Shown here piece by piece: positions 51,639-64,000 of a DNA stretch of 64,000 bases. The stretch covers positions 67,763,748-67,827,747 of the forward strand of contig JARDVH010000073.1 of assembly GCA_030324005.1 (NCBI GenBank), written 5' to 3'. Position 1 is the stretch's first letter; each line of letters starts with the position of its first letter. Made by a program: the position numbers and the translations under genes. The DNA is from Negaprion brevirostris (Eukaryota). The notes beneath the pieces were generated by a model that saw nothing but the letters and a program-made list of their open reading frames with translations, was not told the origin of the DNA and did not search any database.

Positions 51639-52365
51639 CTAAGGAAGGCCAGACAGCAGATCATCAAATAAAACTAACACAAATATTTTAACTCTTTCAA
51701 CACTGGCAATGAGATTGGAAAACAACAGATTATATATGGAAAAGGACATGGTAGAATAAAAATACTGAATTTGAAGGGGGGCAAATTTCAAGGCAATGAG
51801 AATGGATTTAGTCCTGGTAAATTGGAATCAAGGACTGGCGGGCAAAAACTGTAAAAAATCAATTAACTGCCTTTAAATAGGAGATGGTTGGGGTGCATTT
51901 CCAGAAGGGAGAAAGACTAAGTCAAACAAAGCAAATGCAATGAAGCAGATAGAAATGGGGTGTACGAGATGTGACAGGTTAATACAAATGAAAATCAGGC
52001 TGAATATTCAGGAGGAAACGAGGTTCCATCCACTGATTCTGATCTGTATGACAGACTGAAAGGTACCAGCTTTGGTCTGATTGTTTCGCGGTCATTGCCC
52101 AACTGCCGGAAATGTATATTTGTGGATATCAGGGGAGCGGCCGATTAGGCTTGGTTGCAATAACCCACTATACATGATCAAATGACCTGCTGCCACTTAG
52201 CATCATGACTCGTACATGATTAATAGCAACTTTGGTTACGTAATAGAAGGCTATTGAACTATATCCTATTAAGGAGTCAATGCCCTCAATAAGCAGGGAA
52301 AAATGGAACAAAACATGTATCATGTCCACCAATGATTCCCTCTGGTTTAAGAATAGATCACTCAC

Positions 52366-52442
52366 CATTTTTCATGATGTAACTGGCTGTCTGTTCTACC
52401 ACTAATGGGATGACCTTGTGATCAGGGTCCTTTTCTTTGAGT
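52366..52442 (-). CDS. ARHGAP1: ARHGAP1-like exon (77 bp), RhoGAP domain
   Basis: tttcAG|...|GTgag. Encodes LKEKDPDHKVIPLVVEQTASYIMKNG. Confidence 0.9.
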
Positions 52443-52891
52443 CTGAAACAACAAAAAGTTTAAATCATTAAAAATGCAAACTAGACTCTTACACAACTCA
52501 GGTATTGTATACATCCAAGTTTATCTGCTGTCACACAACTACAAGAAAGGTGACTATATTTAACAAAGATGCAGCCTGAAATACACTGCCTTACCCACAT
52601 ATTTCCTGTAAACACACGTGGAACAGATAAAACAGCTCAGCAGCTCCTGGTTCAGGCAATTCTGAGAAAGAGTGCACTTTATGTACGTTGTATGGGGGTA
52701 AGGGGNNNNNNNNNNGGAATCAAATCTAATCTCTAATTAGCGATGCTGCCTGATACAGCATGCATATGGGGCATTAAACAGAATTGATTCTGCAACTCCA
52801 ATGCCAATCCACACTGAGTTCACCCTAAATAATCCAGGTGTTACTCCTGTCCACGGAACCACAACTCAAAGGAGTCATGGGAATTACTTAC

Positions 52892-52984
52892 TCTTCAAGT
52901 GAGACTCCAAATTGTTGATGAGGCATTTTCTTCTTAGGTTCTGGTGGTACTGGTTTCTGTGCTGTCTGTAAATGCTCATCAAAC
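52892..52984 (-). CDS. ARHGAP1: ARHGAP1-like exon (93 bp), linker into RhoGAP domain
   Basis: tttAG|...|GTaagt. Encodes FDEHLQTAQKPVPPEPKKKMPHQQFGVSLEE. Confidence 0.9.
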
Positions 52985-53139
52985 CTAAAGTAAAGATGAT
53001 ATCACAAGACGATAAGAAGCCCCATTCAATCACTTGCTACCACGCAATGAAATCATAGCATCAATTCCAAACAAAAGACATAAATACACACATTCTATGA
53101 ATGTTCCGAAGTCCTTTCAAGGCCATTGATCACTTTTCA

Positions 53140-53490
53140 TTTTATTCTTTTCATGGACAAGTACCGGTAGAAAGGCCAGTATTTATTGCCATCCCAAAGC
53201 TCTTGAACTGAATAAGTTATTAGGCCATTTCAAAGAACAGTAAAGAGTCACCACACATTACTGTGGAACTGGACTCATGTAGATCAGCCCAGTAAGAATA
53301 ACAGATTTCCTTCCCTAAAGGATATTAGTGAACCAGATATGATGAGAATCATCATGGTCACCATTACTGAGACTGGCTTTATATTCCAGATTTATTAATT
53401 GAATTTAAATTGCACAGGCTGTTGTGATGGGATTTGAACCAATATCCCAGGAACAATAGCCTGGACCTCTGGATTACCAGTCCAGTGCAT
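53140..53490 (-). mobile_element. tRNA-derived SINE, second family
   Basis: Paralogous to 31436-31810. Confidence 0.7.
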
Positions 53491-54149
53491 TACAAATGGG
53501 AGATACGAGGCGTAGTGGTAAAGTGTAGTCACATATCATGCATACAAAGCAAGCAACTAGCACCAGGAACAGGAAATGACTGTCTAGATAATGTTTCTGG
53601 TGGCACTGGCCAAAGAATGATTATTAGCAGGGACTCCCAGAGAATAACATAAGAACATAAGAAATAGGAGCAGGAGTAGGCCATCTAGCCTTTCGAGCCT
53701 GCTCCGCCATTCAATAATAAGGCTTGAGAGTATGGCGTTAACCCCATCTTTCAGTTTTTTAGTCCACAGCATGATAGACAGAGTTGACAGCATTTACTTG
53801 TCTTTTCTTTCCAATATGGGGCTGATGGCCAATGGCCTCCTCCTGTGTCGCAATGACCGGAATTCCCCAATATCGTTCACCCCGCCACCACTGCTGATGA
53901 GTACAGAGAATTTGGCATTTAGCCAACTCTTCATTCACAGCAGCAGGACTGGAGAACCCCACCGATGGACAAGGTCAGTGAATCCCAGACGGTGATTCTA
54001 AAAAAGTCTTTCCCACCTCAGTCATCACCAATTAGCATAAATGAATTTAGACACAGAAAATGGTCTGTTGTATAAATAAAAATGTTTTCAATTCCTTCAA
54101 AAAAAAGATTAAAAATTAACCCCCCCCAAAGGAAACATAATTACAATCC

Positions 54150-54615
54150 TTCAGAATCAAAGAACTGTTCCAGCGCAAGACGCTGCCACTTAGCTTATGT
54201 CCGCACCAGCTTTCCAAATGAGCACTGTCACTTAGTGACATTCCTCTTCCTTTTCTCCATACCCCTGCATATTGTTTCTATTCAAGTAATCACTTAATGC
54301 CCTTTTGAATGTCTTGATTGAATCTGCCTCCACTACAGTTCGAGGCAGTGCATTCCAGTCCCAAACCACTCGCTATGTGAAAAAGATCTTTTCATATCAC
54401 ATTTCCTTCTTTTGCAAATCACTTCAACTCCGTGCCCACTCGTTCCTGATCCTTTTACAACCAGGAAGAGTTTCTCACTATCTACTCTGTCTAGCCATCT
54501 CATGATTTTGAACATTGCTATCAAATCTTCTCTCAGCCTTCTCTTCAAAGAGAACATCTCAACTTCTCCAATCTATTCTCATGACTGAAGTTTCTCATTC
54601 TTGGAACCATCCCTC
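54150..54615 (-). mobile_element. CR1 3' fragment
   Basis: FSLKRRLREDLIAMFKIMRWLDRVDSEKLF. Confidence 0.8.
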
Positions 54616-54709
54616 TGCCAAACTGGTCCAGTAGAAATTTTAGTTACCTATACCTAAAAATTAGGAATTGAACACCTCTCAGCTAGGGATATGATTTAGA
54701 CGGATCTAC

Positions 54710-54808
54710 CTTTTCACACACGCTGGGATCACCATTCGCTCACACTTCAGGTAGTGTTCAAGTTCATCCAAATGATTAACGTAAAAGATCTTCCGACCAA
54801 ACTTCATA
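54710..54808 (-). CDS. ARHGAP1: ARHGAP1-like exon (99 bp)
   Basis: tgcAG|...|GTagat. Encodes MKFGRKIFYVNHLDELEHYLKCERMVIPACVKR. Confidence 0.9.
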
Positions 54809-55696
54809 CTGCATCAAGAGTATAAGATGGAGAAGAATGAAATGGAAACATTAAAGTACAATTGAGCCTGCTGCATTGTTTACCAAATCTCTCCACACAC
54901 AAGCATTTTCATGACATGTTTCAATAAGCAAATCCTAAGTGACTTCCTACCTTTGATGAATACAAGCCAAGCAGAGAAATCAGAGGAACAGAATGCCTGT
55001 CTCATATGGTTTAGTGGGTAAAAGCTCCACAATGACCACCAGTCATACAGCCCAATAAATTCAATCAGTATCCTTTGTTATGTTACCCAGTGTCCATTCT
55101 TCATGTTTGAGTCTGGGTAGCATGTAAAAGCATGAGAGGGACTGTCAGCCTGGAGTGCAAGTGAACAGATGTTATATAACCAGATAGTGGGCATGCACGA
55201 TGAACCCTGCCTACAGTACTTGTTTGCAGGTAACTGAGCAAATAGGCAAATAAGTGGGTGTGTGTGTTAAGGGCTAGCTAAGAGAGAATGCGCACATACA
55301 TGTGGATATTTGCAAACTTCAATTAAATGACTAGCCTCCCAGCCTCAGTAGAAAAAATTATCTCTTCCCACCTTACAACTCAGATTTCTGTATTCCTCCA
55401 ATTCTGACCTCCTGCATATCCTATTAGTGGCATTTCTTCAGCTATTGAGGTCCTAATCTCTCAACTTTCCTCCCTAAACTTGTCTTTCCAAATCTCGTCT
55501 TCGTTAACATGAGCCCTTTGAAATGCCTTGGGACATTGTACTATACTTAAGTGCTACATAATTCAAGTTGTCATTGCGGCAGAGATGTGAGAGAGCATGG
55601 TAAAGCATTTCTTTGCGTGTGTCTGGATTGTTAAGTCCATGCATGCCTACTGTCTACGTGTGTCTGTGGGGACAGGCAATTCATCATGAAATAGTT

Positions 55697-55848
55697 ATTT
55701 GATTTAGTACTGTCACATGTATTGGTATACAGTGAAAAGTATTGTTTCTTGCATGCTATACAGACAAAGCATGCCGTTCATTGAGAAAGAAACGAGACAG
55801 TGCAGGATGTAGTGTTACAGTCATTGCTAGGGTGTAGAGAAAGATCAT
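55697..55848 (-). mobile_element. Rex1/Babar-like 3' tail
   Basis: Reverse complement of the 3303-3456 tail. Confidence 0.6.
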
Positions 55849-56256
55849 TGTTAGAAATTTAAGGAAGAGTTAGAATGAAGTTTTAGAAGCATAGAACAAG
55901 AGTAAAAGTTAGAATTAGAAGGCATGTTGGGCACAGCTTGAAATAAGTTGCCTTGCTCTAGCGCCATCTTGGAGTTTTTTTTTCCAGTTCAGGCTGATCA
56001 TTACAGCCAAGCAAAATCCTCACATTTATATTTTCTCAGTTTCCAGTGGACACTAGTCAGGATCAGAAGCATGACTAATCTTCCCCTTTTCTAACTATAG
56101 TATTCCTCTGCTGGCCAGAATGAGGTCAGGCATGACAATTCTGACCAACTCAAGAGAAAACTATGGCAGAAGAGCAAGACATCATCAGCAATTTTCACAA
56201 AGCAATTAATTAATTATTAGTTTTTTATTGAGAATAATCAGCAGGCATGGACTGAC

Positions 56257-56343
56257 CTGATTATGGGTTTGAAGACAACAAGGAAGGCCTTGATGAGTCT
56301 AGTAGGATGGACGATGTACAGAGCCTTTATGTTCTTCTTGTAC
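56257..56343 (-). CDS. ARHGAP1: ARHGAP1-like exon (87 bp), BCH domain
   Basis: aacAG|...|GTcagt. Encodes YKKNIKALYIVHPTRLIKAFLVVFKPIIS. Confidence 0.92.
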
Positions 56344-56954
56344 CTGTTTTGGATGGAAACAGTCCAGTTTTCTGAATACAGTTCACTATGTACTCTTTTC
56401 ACCTTACTGATTTTACAGGGAAGCATTGACAGCTCATCCCTCAAGGTCAACACGAACAATGGTGCTAGTTCTTCCATCACTGGGGAGCGATGAATGATAA
56501 TAAATGTTAATGACAGGCTGAGATCCTTCTGGACTGTTAGTGATGGGGAAGTGATACAGCTCTCCCAGCAGGAAGCTCTTATATACAGTTCACTCAAAGA
56601 CCCACTGCCCGGAATAGTTTGGAAATGCCAAAGATCTTCAGTTTACTTTTGGATACCCTAATATTTGGTTTACTAAAACTCCATGCATTTGTGAATATCC
56701 CATGAGATTGGAATTGGTGAAGGTTACACCATTTTTTAAAAAAGGAGGAATAGAGAAAACAAAGAACCCTGACCTAAACACCGCTCACCCCCCAACCACC
56801 CCCAATGGCCGCCTATATTCATGGAGACTTAAAATGTATGCATTTTCCTGTTACAGTAAGTATAACGAAACAGCAAATCACAGAAGAATAGGGGAGAACC
56901 AATTTCACATGACTGAAATATACAAAAGCCTAACCAAGGCACAGACACACTTAC

Positions 56955-57086
56955 TTCCTGTCAAACTCCTTGTAGGCTTCCACTAACCAAGCAAATGAAG
57001 GTTTATTCTGACTGTTGAGTCCATAGTGAAAGTATACAACTGAGTAATCGCTCTCCACGTATTTGTCCAGTGTGTGCTTCAGGTAT
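56955..57086 (-). CDS. ARHGAP1: ARHGAP1-like exon (132 bp), BCH domain
   Basis: ctAG|...|GTaagt. Encodes [44 protein letters not shown]. Confidence 0.92.
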
Positions 57087-57689
57087 CTAGTGTAGGGGAG
57101 AGAGAAGCAGACTCAAAACCATCAAGACCTTAATACTGCAAGCAGGAACCCCATTGTTAAAATGGCAGATATTTATGTAATTAAGCTGAAGATTCAGATA
57201 AATACAACACATTAACACCAGAAAGAGAAGTAAAGCATGTGGCCTATCAAGCCTGCTACACCATTCAACATGATCATGATTGATCACTAATCACTTTTTT
57301 ACTCGTTCCCCCATACACCGCGATTCCTCAAGACATCAAATATCTGTCTATAAATATACTGAGGCCAGAATTTTACTTAGATAGGTGTGTGCCTGACAAG
57401 CATGCATGTAAAATCACCAATGTCCCTTGGTTACCCTCTGTAACGTATGNNNNNNNNNNNNNNNNNNNNNNNNNNNNNNNNNNNNNNNNNNNNNNNNNNN
57501 NNNNNNNNNNNNNNNNNNNNNNNNNNNNNNNNNNNNNNNNNNNNNNNNNTACCCTCTGTAACGTATGTCTTGTATTGGTAGAAAATATTTGTTTAGTGTC
57601 TCTGTCATTTAGACACAGATGGTCACCATAGCAGTGAGTGGAATTCTTATTTACTGGTTAGATTGAAGGTCCTACAGTTAACATTGGTT

Positions 57690-57845
57690 TCAAGATCATA
57701 ATTAGACTTTTAATTCCAGAATTTTTTTTATATATTGAATTAAAATTTCACCATCTGCCATGGTGGGATTCAAACTCCAAACCCCCAGAGCATTATCCTG
57801 GGCTCTGGATTACTAGACCAAGTGACAATATCACTGCACTCACTC
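57690..57845 (-). mobile_element. tRNA-derived SINE, second family, 5' part
   Basis: Paralogous to the 5' part of 31436-31810. Confidence 0.6.
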
Positions 57846-58854
57846 TCCTTAATACCAACAATCTGCACTCAAATGAACAGTCCCCAGTATTATCAATGTT
57901 GTAATAAAAAGCAAAATTCAGGATCAGTTTGCTTACATCTGATTTCAGTTCAAACAGAAAGATGAATATGGTTACGATGACGCAAGATCAAAGTAGCTCA
58001 TCAGCGCAATTGGGTTAACCCTCACAGGAAGTCTAACAACTGGCACAGGAAATACTGGCCAAAACTAACCTTTGAGAATTGAAGATAGAGCATTCATCTG
58101 ACTGCCTGGGCAATAATGATTGGGGCTTTTATTTCTTCCGTGTGAGCCACTATCTGCCTGCATGCCAATTACTCCAGCAGGCATTCTCAAAGGAATTCAA
58201 ACTTCTCTCCTCAAATTAATCAGGCAACCAGGAAGGAATCAGGGAAGCCAGCTATGAGCAAACTAGCTGCTGACTCAGATTCAGTTCAATAATGCACGCT
58301 CACTGATTAGTCAAAGCACTGGATTACTGGGCAGGTTAGCACAACAATATCATATCCACCACACTGCCACAAGTTCAACTTTATGAGACAGTCAATTTTG
58401 TAACACTACTCACTCCTCTTCCCTGCAGGCTCTCCTCACTGTTGACTTATGATGGAGGCTGAGTAACACACACAGTCAAGCAGCCATTATGCACAGGTGA
58501 ACCCAAGGCAAGTGAGGTGTGAGTTACAGTTCAAGTTACCTTAGTCTGTACATGCTTCAGTGGGCAGCAAACAACAGCAAGAATGCTGCCAAGATATTGT
58601 ACTGGGTTTGTTTTATGTCACTGCGTGTGTGGGGGTAAAGTCCATTTTGAAGCTCTTCCAACAATAAGTTTCATTAAAGTTGAATTTGATCTGAAAATTC
58701 TACTTGTTCCTGAATGTAATGCTCTCTGAAAGGAAATGGCTGTGACTTGTACCAATCCATGCACAAATTCAGCTTTACATCAGGTACTTGGTCATACGGA
58801 GAGCCGACTAGGTTGTTATCAGATGAAAATAGATAAATAAATAATAAATAAATA

Positions 58855-60377
58855 ATAGATAAATTGCTGGGACTGGATGGGATGTATCCCAGGTTACTGT
58901 GGGAGGCCAGGGAAGAGATTGCAGAACCTCTGGTGATGATATTTGCATCGTCAATGGAGACGGGAGAGATTCCGGAGGATCGCAGACGTGGTCCCTATAT
59001 TCAAGAAAGTGAATAGGGATAGCCCAGGAAATTACCGACCGGTGAGTCTAACCTCAGTGGTTGGTAAGTTGATGGAGAATATTCTGGGGGACAGGATTTA
59101 TGAACATTTAGGGAATTTTAGTATGCTCAATAGTAGTCAGCACAGTTTTTTCAAAGGCAGGTCGTGCCTTATGAGCCTGGTTGAGTTCTTTGAAATTGTG
59201 ACTAAATACATTGACGAAGGAAGAGCAGTAGATGTGATTTATATGGACTTCAGCAAGGCATTCGATAAGGTCCCCGTGCAAGACTTCTTGAGAAAGAGAG
59301 AGGGAATGGAATCCAAGGGGCTGTTGCATTGTGGATCCAGAACTGGCTTGCCTGCAGAAGGCAGAGAGTGGTTGTAGGTGGGTCTTTTTCTGCATGGAGG
59401 TTGGTCACCAGTGGATGCCCCAGCGATCTGTTCTGAAACCCCTGCTGTTTGTAATTTTCATAAATGACCTGGATGAGGAAGTGGAGGGATGGGTTGGTAA
59501 GTTTTCTGACGACACGAAGATTGGTGGTGTTGTGGATAGTTTGGAGGGATGTCAGAAGTTGTTGCGTGTTTGCAGTGTGACATAGATAGGATGCAAGGCT
59601 GGGTGGAGAAGTGGCTGGTGGACTTCAACCTGGATAAACGTGTAGTGGTCCATTTTGGCAGGTCAAATGGGATGAAGAAGTATAATATCAAGGGTAAGAC
59701 TCTTAGAGGTGCAGAGGATCAGAAGGACCTTGGGGTCCGGGTCCATAGGACTCTCAAATTGGCCTCGCAGGTAGAGGATGTGGTTAAGAAGGCGTATGGT
59801 GTACTAGCCTTCATCAATCGAGGGACTGAGGTTTAGGAATCAGGAGATAATGCTGCAGCTTTATAAGACCCTAGTCAGACCTCTCTTGGAATACTGTGCT
59901 AAGTTCTGGTTGCGTCATTACAGGAAGAATGTCGCTTGGGGGTGCAGATTGAGTTGTANNNNNNNNNNNNNNNNNNNNNNNNNNNNNNNNNNNNNNNNNN
60001 NNNNNNNNNNNNNNNNNNNNNNNNNNNNNNNNNNNNNNNNNNNNNNNNNNNNNNNNNNNNNNNNNNNNNNNNNNNNNNNNNNNNNNNNNNNNNNNNNNNN
60101 NNNNNNNNNNNNNNNNNNNNNNNNNNNNNNNNNNNNNNNNNNNNNNNNNNNNNNNNNNNNNNNNNNNNNNNNNNNNNNNNNNNNNNNNNNNNNNNNNNNN
60201 NNNNNNNNNNNNNNNNNNNNNNNNNNNNNNNNNNATTTGATAGGGTCTTTCAAAAGACTTCTGGATGAGTACATGGGACTTAATAGGGTTATAGGTAAGC
60301 CTAGTAGGTATGGATATCATTGGCGCAACTTGTGGGCCGAAAGGCCTGTTTGTGCTGTATTTTTTCTATGTTCTATG
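58855..60377 (+). mobile_element. CR1/HER1 LINE, RT to 3' end (antisense in ARHGAP intron)
   Basis: PGNYRPVSLTSVVGKL, DVIYMDFSKAFDKVP, FINDLD, FSDDTK; tail ttctatgttctatg. Confidence 0.9.
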
Positions 60378-60546
60378 AAGAATGCTTTACCTCCCGATAC
60401 CTTAGTTGTTAAAGTGCATCTTGTGCTTTCAACAAAATAAGGAGGGAGAAAAATCAAGATGCACTCAAAGGATCATTCAAGTTGCACTTTAAGGAAGTGG
60501 AGTTTTACAAGACTAAAGGACAAGGTATATCTATTGGCAAACTCAC

Positions 60547-60634
60547 TTAAGCAGCAGGGAGTGGTCCATCTGGTAACTGGGAGGCATCCGACAGGCGCTG
60601 AACACTATCACCTTCCTGCCAAAGTTATCATCCC
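60547..60634 (-). CDS. ARHGAP1: ARHGAP1-like exon (88 bp), CRAL-TRIO/BCH domain
   Basis: ctacAG|...|GTgagt. Encodes [30 protein letters not shown]. Confidence 0.92.
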
Positions 60635-60932
60635 CTGTAGGAATAGACAGGATGAGTCAGCTTATTTAACACAAACCAGTGCTTTCTCCTGCAAACTAGT
60701 CAGAACTAAAGCATTGGTCCTTCCACAGGAAAGTGAACCTTTCAAAGTCACACATCAAAACAGAAAATTCTGGAAATATGCAGTTCTATGGATTAGTTTT
60801 CCTTTTTAATCTCACACTCAATCATCAAAAGAGTTTCTTAATGCTTTGGTTAATCTATAAAGCTGTCAAAATCAAAGACCAACTCCCATCTCAATGTCCT
60901 ACTACCCTGATTCCACCCATGTGCTGTGTCCT

Positions 60933-60971
60933 ACACACACACACACACACAAACACACAAACACACACACC
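60933..60971. repeat. Interrupted (CA)n microsatellite
   Basis: Directly visible. Confidence 0.8.
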
Positions 60972-62559
60972 ACCCCGCCATCAGCTTTCCAGTACTGTAA
61001 TGCCTCGAGATGCTGCTGCTCCACTGCCACAACTACACAGGCATTTACACAAGAGTTCACTATATTTAAAAACATGCTTGCTTGTGGAAAACAGTGCACA
61101 GGAGCAATGGAAAATTGTTTCATTTTGAAGTGGGGAACAAATCTTGATGTTAACAAATACATGGTAGTTAAGGCAATGATACAGTTATGGGGAAGCAAGC
61201 TAAGCAGGGAGTGGATAGAAGGATATATTGAAGGGGTTAAATGAAATAGGCTTGGAGGAAGCTTCTGACAGCATTACAGACCAACTAGACCCAATGGTTG
61301 GTTTTTGTCCTGTACAATCCTGTGTAATTATTTCCTCCATACAAAACCAAAAGAAATGCAATATACTGATTTGACACAAGCACTTCAGCAAATTACGGAT
61401 CAGTTCCACAACACTTCCTCAACAAAAGTAGTAAGGTTTTCATGAGCTTTGAAAAATATGAAAATGCTGTGTACGTAAGACTCTTGTGGTATAAAAACCT
61501 GACAGGAAAGAGAACAGTGCTCTTACAGCATCAGTCTGGCACAACACACTGAACCACAAAGGACAGGACTCAGCCTGCTCCTCATCACATGGTAAAAGGT
61601 TGGTGTGACCAAAGAGGAGACAATGTGTAAACAACATCAAATGAATAGAAAGTCTACCAGCGTAGATTATTCAACAACCAGATTGAAGGATTGTTCCTCC
61701 AAGTGGTAGCATTTCAATTAATGAGAAAGGTTTGAATCTCACACCAGATATTACTGGCGACAGTAGCCCAGTCTAGCTTTGAATTCTGGGGCAATATCCA
61801 GTGAGATACCAGCATCCAGTGAGTCTGAGTGCGTCCCACTCCTTTCAAAGTATGGGTTCAGAGTCAATCAAAACCTTCTTCCAAAAAGGACAAACTGTAG
61901 ATAGCTACTGCCACGGAGGCACGGTTCACATCACAGCCTATCAAACTGCTCATCAAGATCCAAATCCTTTCATAATTTGCAGGGTGTTAGCGATGGAAAG
62001 GTGGTAGGACTGGAGGGTCTCAATGACATTATTGTTACTAGAGAGGTGGTGCTCGACANNNNNNNNNNNNNNNNNNNNNNNNNNNNNNNNNNNNNNNNNN
62101 NNNNNNNNNNNNNNNNNNNNNNNNNNNNNNNNNNNNNNNNNNNNNNNNNNNNNNNNNNTCTTATTGAATGGCGGGGCAGGCTCAAAGGGCTAGATGGCCT
62201 ACTCCTGCTCCTATTTCTTATGTTCTTACGTTCTTTCATGACTTCACATTCTACGAGGGGGAAGAATGAAGACATGGGAACAAGTACAATTTAGTCAGGA
62301 GACACTACAGACACGGTGATAGTTTCTGCCTGCATGAAATACCTCATTAACCAAATAAATATTTGGAAAGTGGTAATTGGTTTCAGAGCAATAAGACAGA
62401 TTTCCACATTCTCCATTCTCGGTACACTTAGGGATAAATTGGAACACCAGCAGAAGGTGAGGGGGTGATCCACTAAGAAGGCTATAAGATTTTCAGAGTG
62501 GATAGAGAGCGAGAGCATTTCCCCTTGCAAGGAAAGCATAACGAGAGGCAATCAGCATA

Positions 62560-62900
62560 ATGGCGGCACAGTGGTTAGCACTGTTGCCTCAGAGCTCCAG
62601 GGACCCGAATTCAATTACGGCCTTGAGTCACTGTGTGTCGAGTTTTCAAGTTCTCCCTGTGTCTGCGTGGATTTCTTCTGGGTGCTCCGGTTTCCTTCTA
62701 CTTGCAAAGATGTGCAAGTTACGTGGATTGGCCATTCTAAATTGCCCCTCAGTGTCCAAAAATGTGCAGGTTAGATGGATTAATTATGATAAACATGGAG
62801 TTACAGGGGACAGGGTGGGGGAAGAGGGCCTGGGTAAGAGAGTCAGAGCAGATTCAATGGCCCAAATAACCTCTTCTGTACTGTAGGGATTCTATATTCT
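62560..62900 (+). mobile_element. HE1-like SINE inserted in a CR1 fragment (~62370-62940)
   Basis: ggcggcacagtggttagcactgttgcctca..., V-domain and tail; CR1 sequence resumes after it. Confidence 0.82.
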
Positions 62901-63184
62901 GATGAGACAGTCAACAAGAAATCCATTAGGGAATTTAAAATCTGTTTAAGGAGAAGCAGAGATAAGCGGTAACTTAAAGAATTCATTTTCCATGAATAGA
63001 AACAACTGGAGTAAGAGCTCATAGAAAATAATATTCCTTCATTTTAATACTACAGACCTGACACGCACATGCAGCTCTCTCAAAAATGTTTCATTTGGAG
63101 TGGTTCTTTTTCTTATCCCCCTCCCTAATTCTATTCTGAACAACCAGATGGTAATTACAGTTCCGGATTATTTTATAGGCCTAC

Positions 63185-63286
63185 CTGCTATCTCCACAAT
63201 TTGGCGTCTTGCAATGTCATAGTATGGATCATCCCACTTCAAATCAGCGGGAGGATCAACAATTTCAGGTGAGTATTCTTCTTTAC
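63185..63286 (-). CDS. ARHGAP1: Rho GTPase-activating protein 1-like, internal exon (102 bp); upstream exons outside window
   Basis: ttttaaccAG|...|GTagg. Encodes GKEEYSPEIVDPPADLKWDDPYYDIARRQIVEIAG, matching ARHGAP1 LKWDDPYYDIARHQIVEVAG. Confidence 0.9.
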
Positions 63287-64000
63287 CTGGTTAAAATTAA
63301 ACAAACAAACAGTTAATGTCCATACATGCTAATCAGATTTCTGTCTGCTCAATTTTCCACTCCCCCCCCCCCCCACATTAACGTACACATGGGGTGTGTT
63401 TTCTTAGGATGTCTTCAAGGATAGCTTCTATATGGAACAAAGTGCAGCTAGGTGCTAGTTAAGTAAAATCAGGGTGAATCCAACTACCATTTAAAAAGCT
63501 AAAAACATCTGTAGTAAGTACTTCTGGAGAGTCCCTTCGTCTTCTCCCTCTTCGATATTCATTTCTTTGAAGTTTGAACTTAAAAGATAAAAAATGTGTT
63601 AGATGTTTTGGGTCAGACCTGCCGATGCTTACAGATGCGCAAGTTGACGGGTCTGCTACTGTTGTCCTTTGGGACTCAGAGGTCTTGACATTTATACAAG
63701 GATTGTAATTACCTGAATGTTTAAACTTCTAACATGACAAATTTCACTACCCGGGACACTGAACAGATCTCAGGTTGGGAGACTTGGACTAGATAACTAT
63801 CCTTGAATTGTTACACTGTTTATTCTTTGATATACTTGCTGATTAACAATGTAACTCAACCATCACACACATCTCCCTATACAGCCAACCAAACCCCCAA
63901 ACAATCCCACCACTGCCTGATCCCACCCATCCAACCACAACTGATATTTTGCCCAATGTTGTTAGTTTGTCAGCTTATAAAAGGACAATATTTGCACCTT

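Noticed and set aside
56238-56597. 119 aa ORF extending the ARHGAP exon upstream
   Set aside because: Homology covers only 56257-56343, which is bounded by AG/GT; the rest is intron read-through.
59850-60440. Long ORFs spanning N runs
   Set aside because: Artefacts of translating through assembly gaps.

Overview
Vertebrate genomic DNA, very probably a shark or other elasmobranch (HE1-type SINEs, dense CR1/HER1 LINEs), from a draft assembly with many N gaps. Two genes converge tail-to-tail. The last coding exon of a PHF21A-like gene lies on + (5337-5555) and is followed by about 19 kb of repeat-poor, UTR-like sequence. Eleven phase-compatible coding exons of an ARHGAP1/ARHGAP8-family gene (CRAL-TRIO/BCH plus RhoGAP) lie on - (63286 to 41993); its first exons are outside the window. 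A ~10 kb transposon pile sits between the genes and includes a decayed Gmr1-type gypsy element with PR-INT-RT-RH order. The most notable non-gene signal is a family of short palindromic, TSD-flanked, Penelope-derived elements whose arms carry minimal hammerhead-ribozyme motifs (13948, 18595, 33078). There is also a second hammerhead-type family and a decayed Penelope RT. The RhoGAP lacks the PPRPPLP motif shared by human ARHGAP1 and ARHGAP8. Exon coordinates were read base by base; repeat boundaries are approximate.
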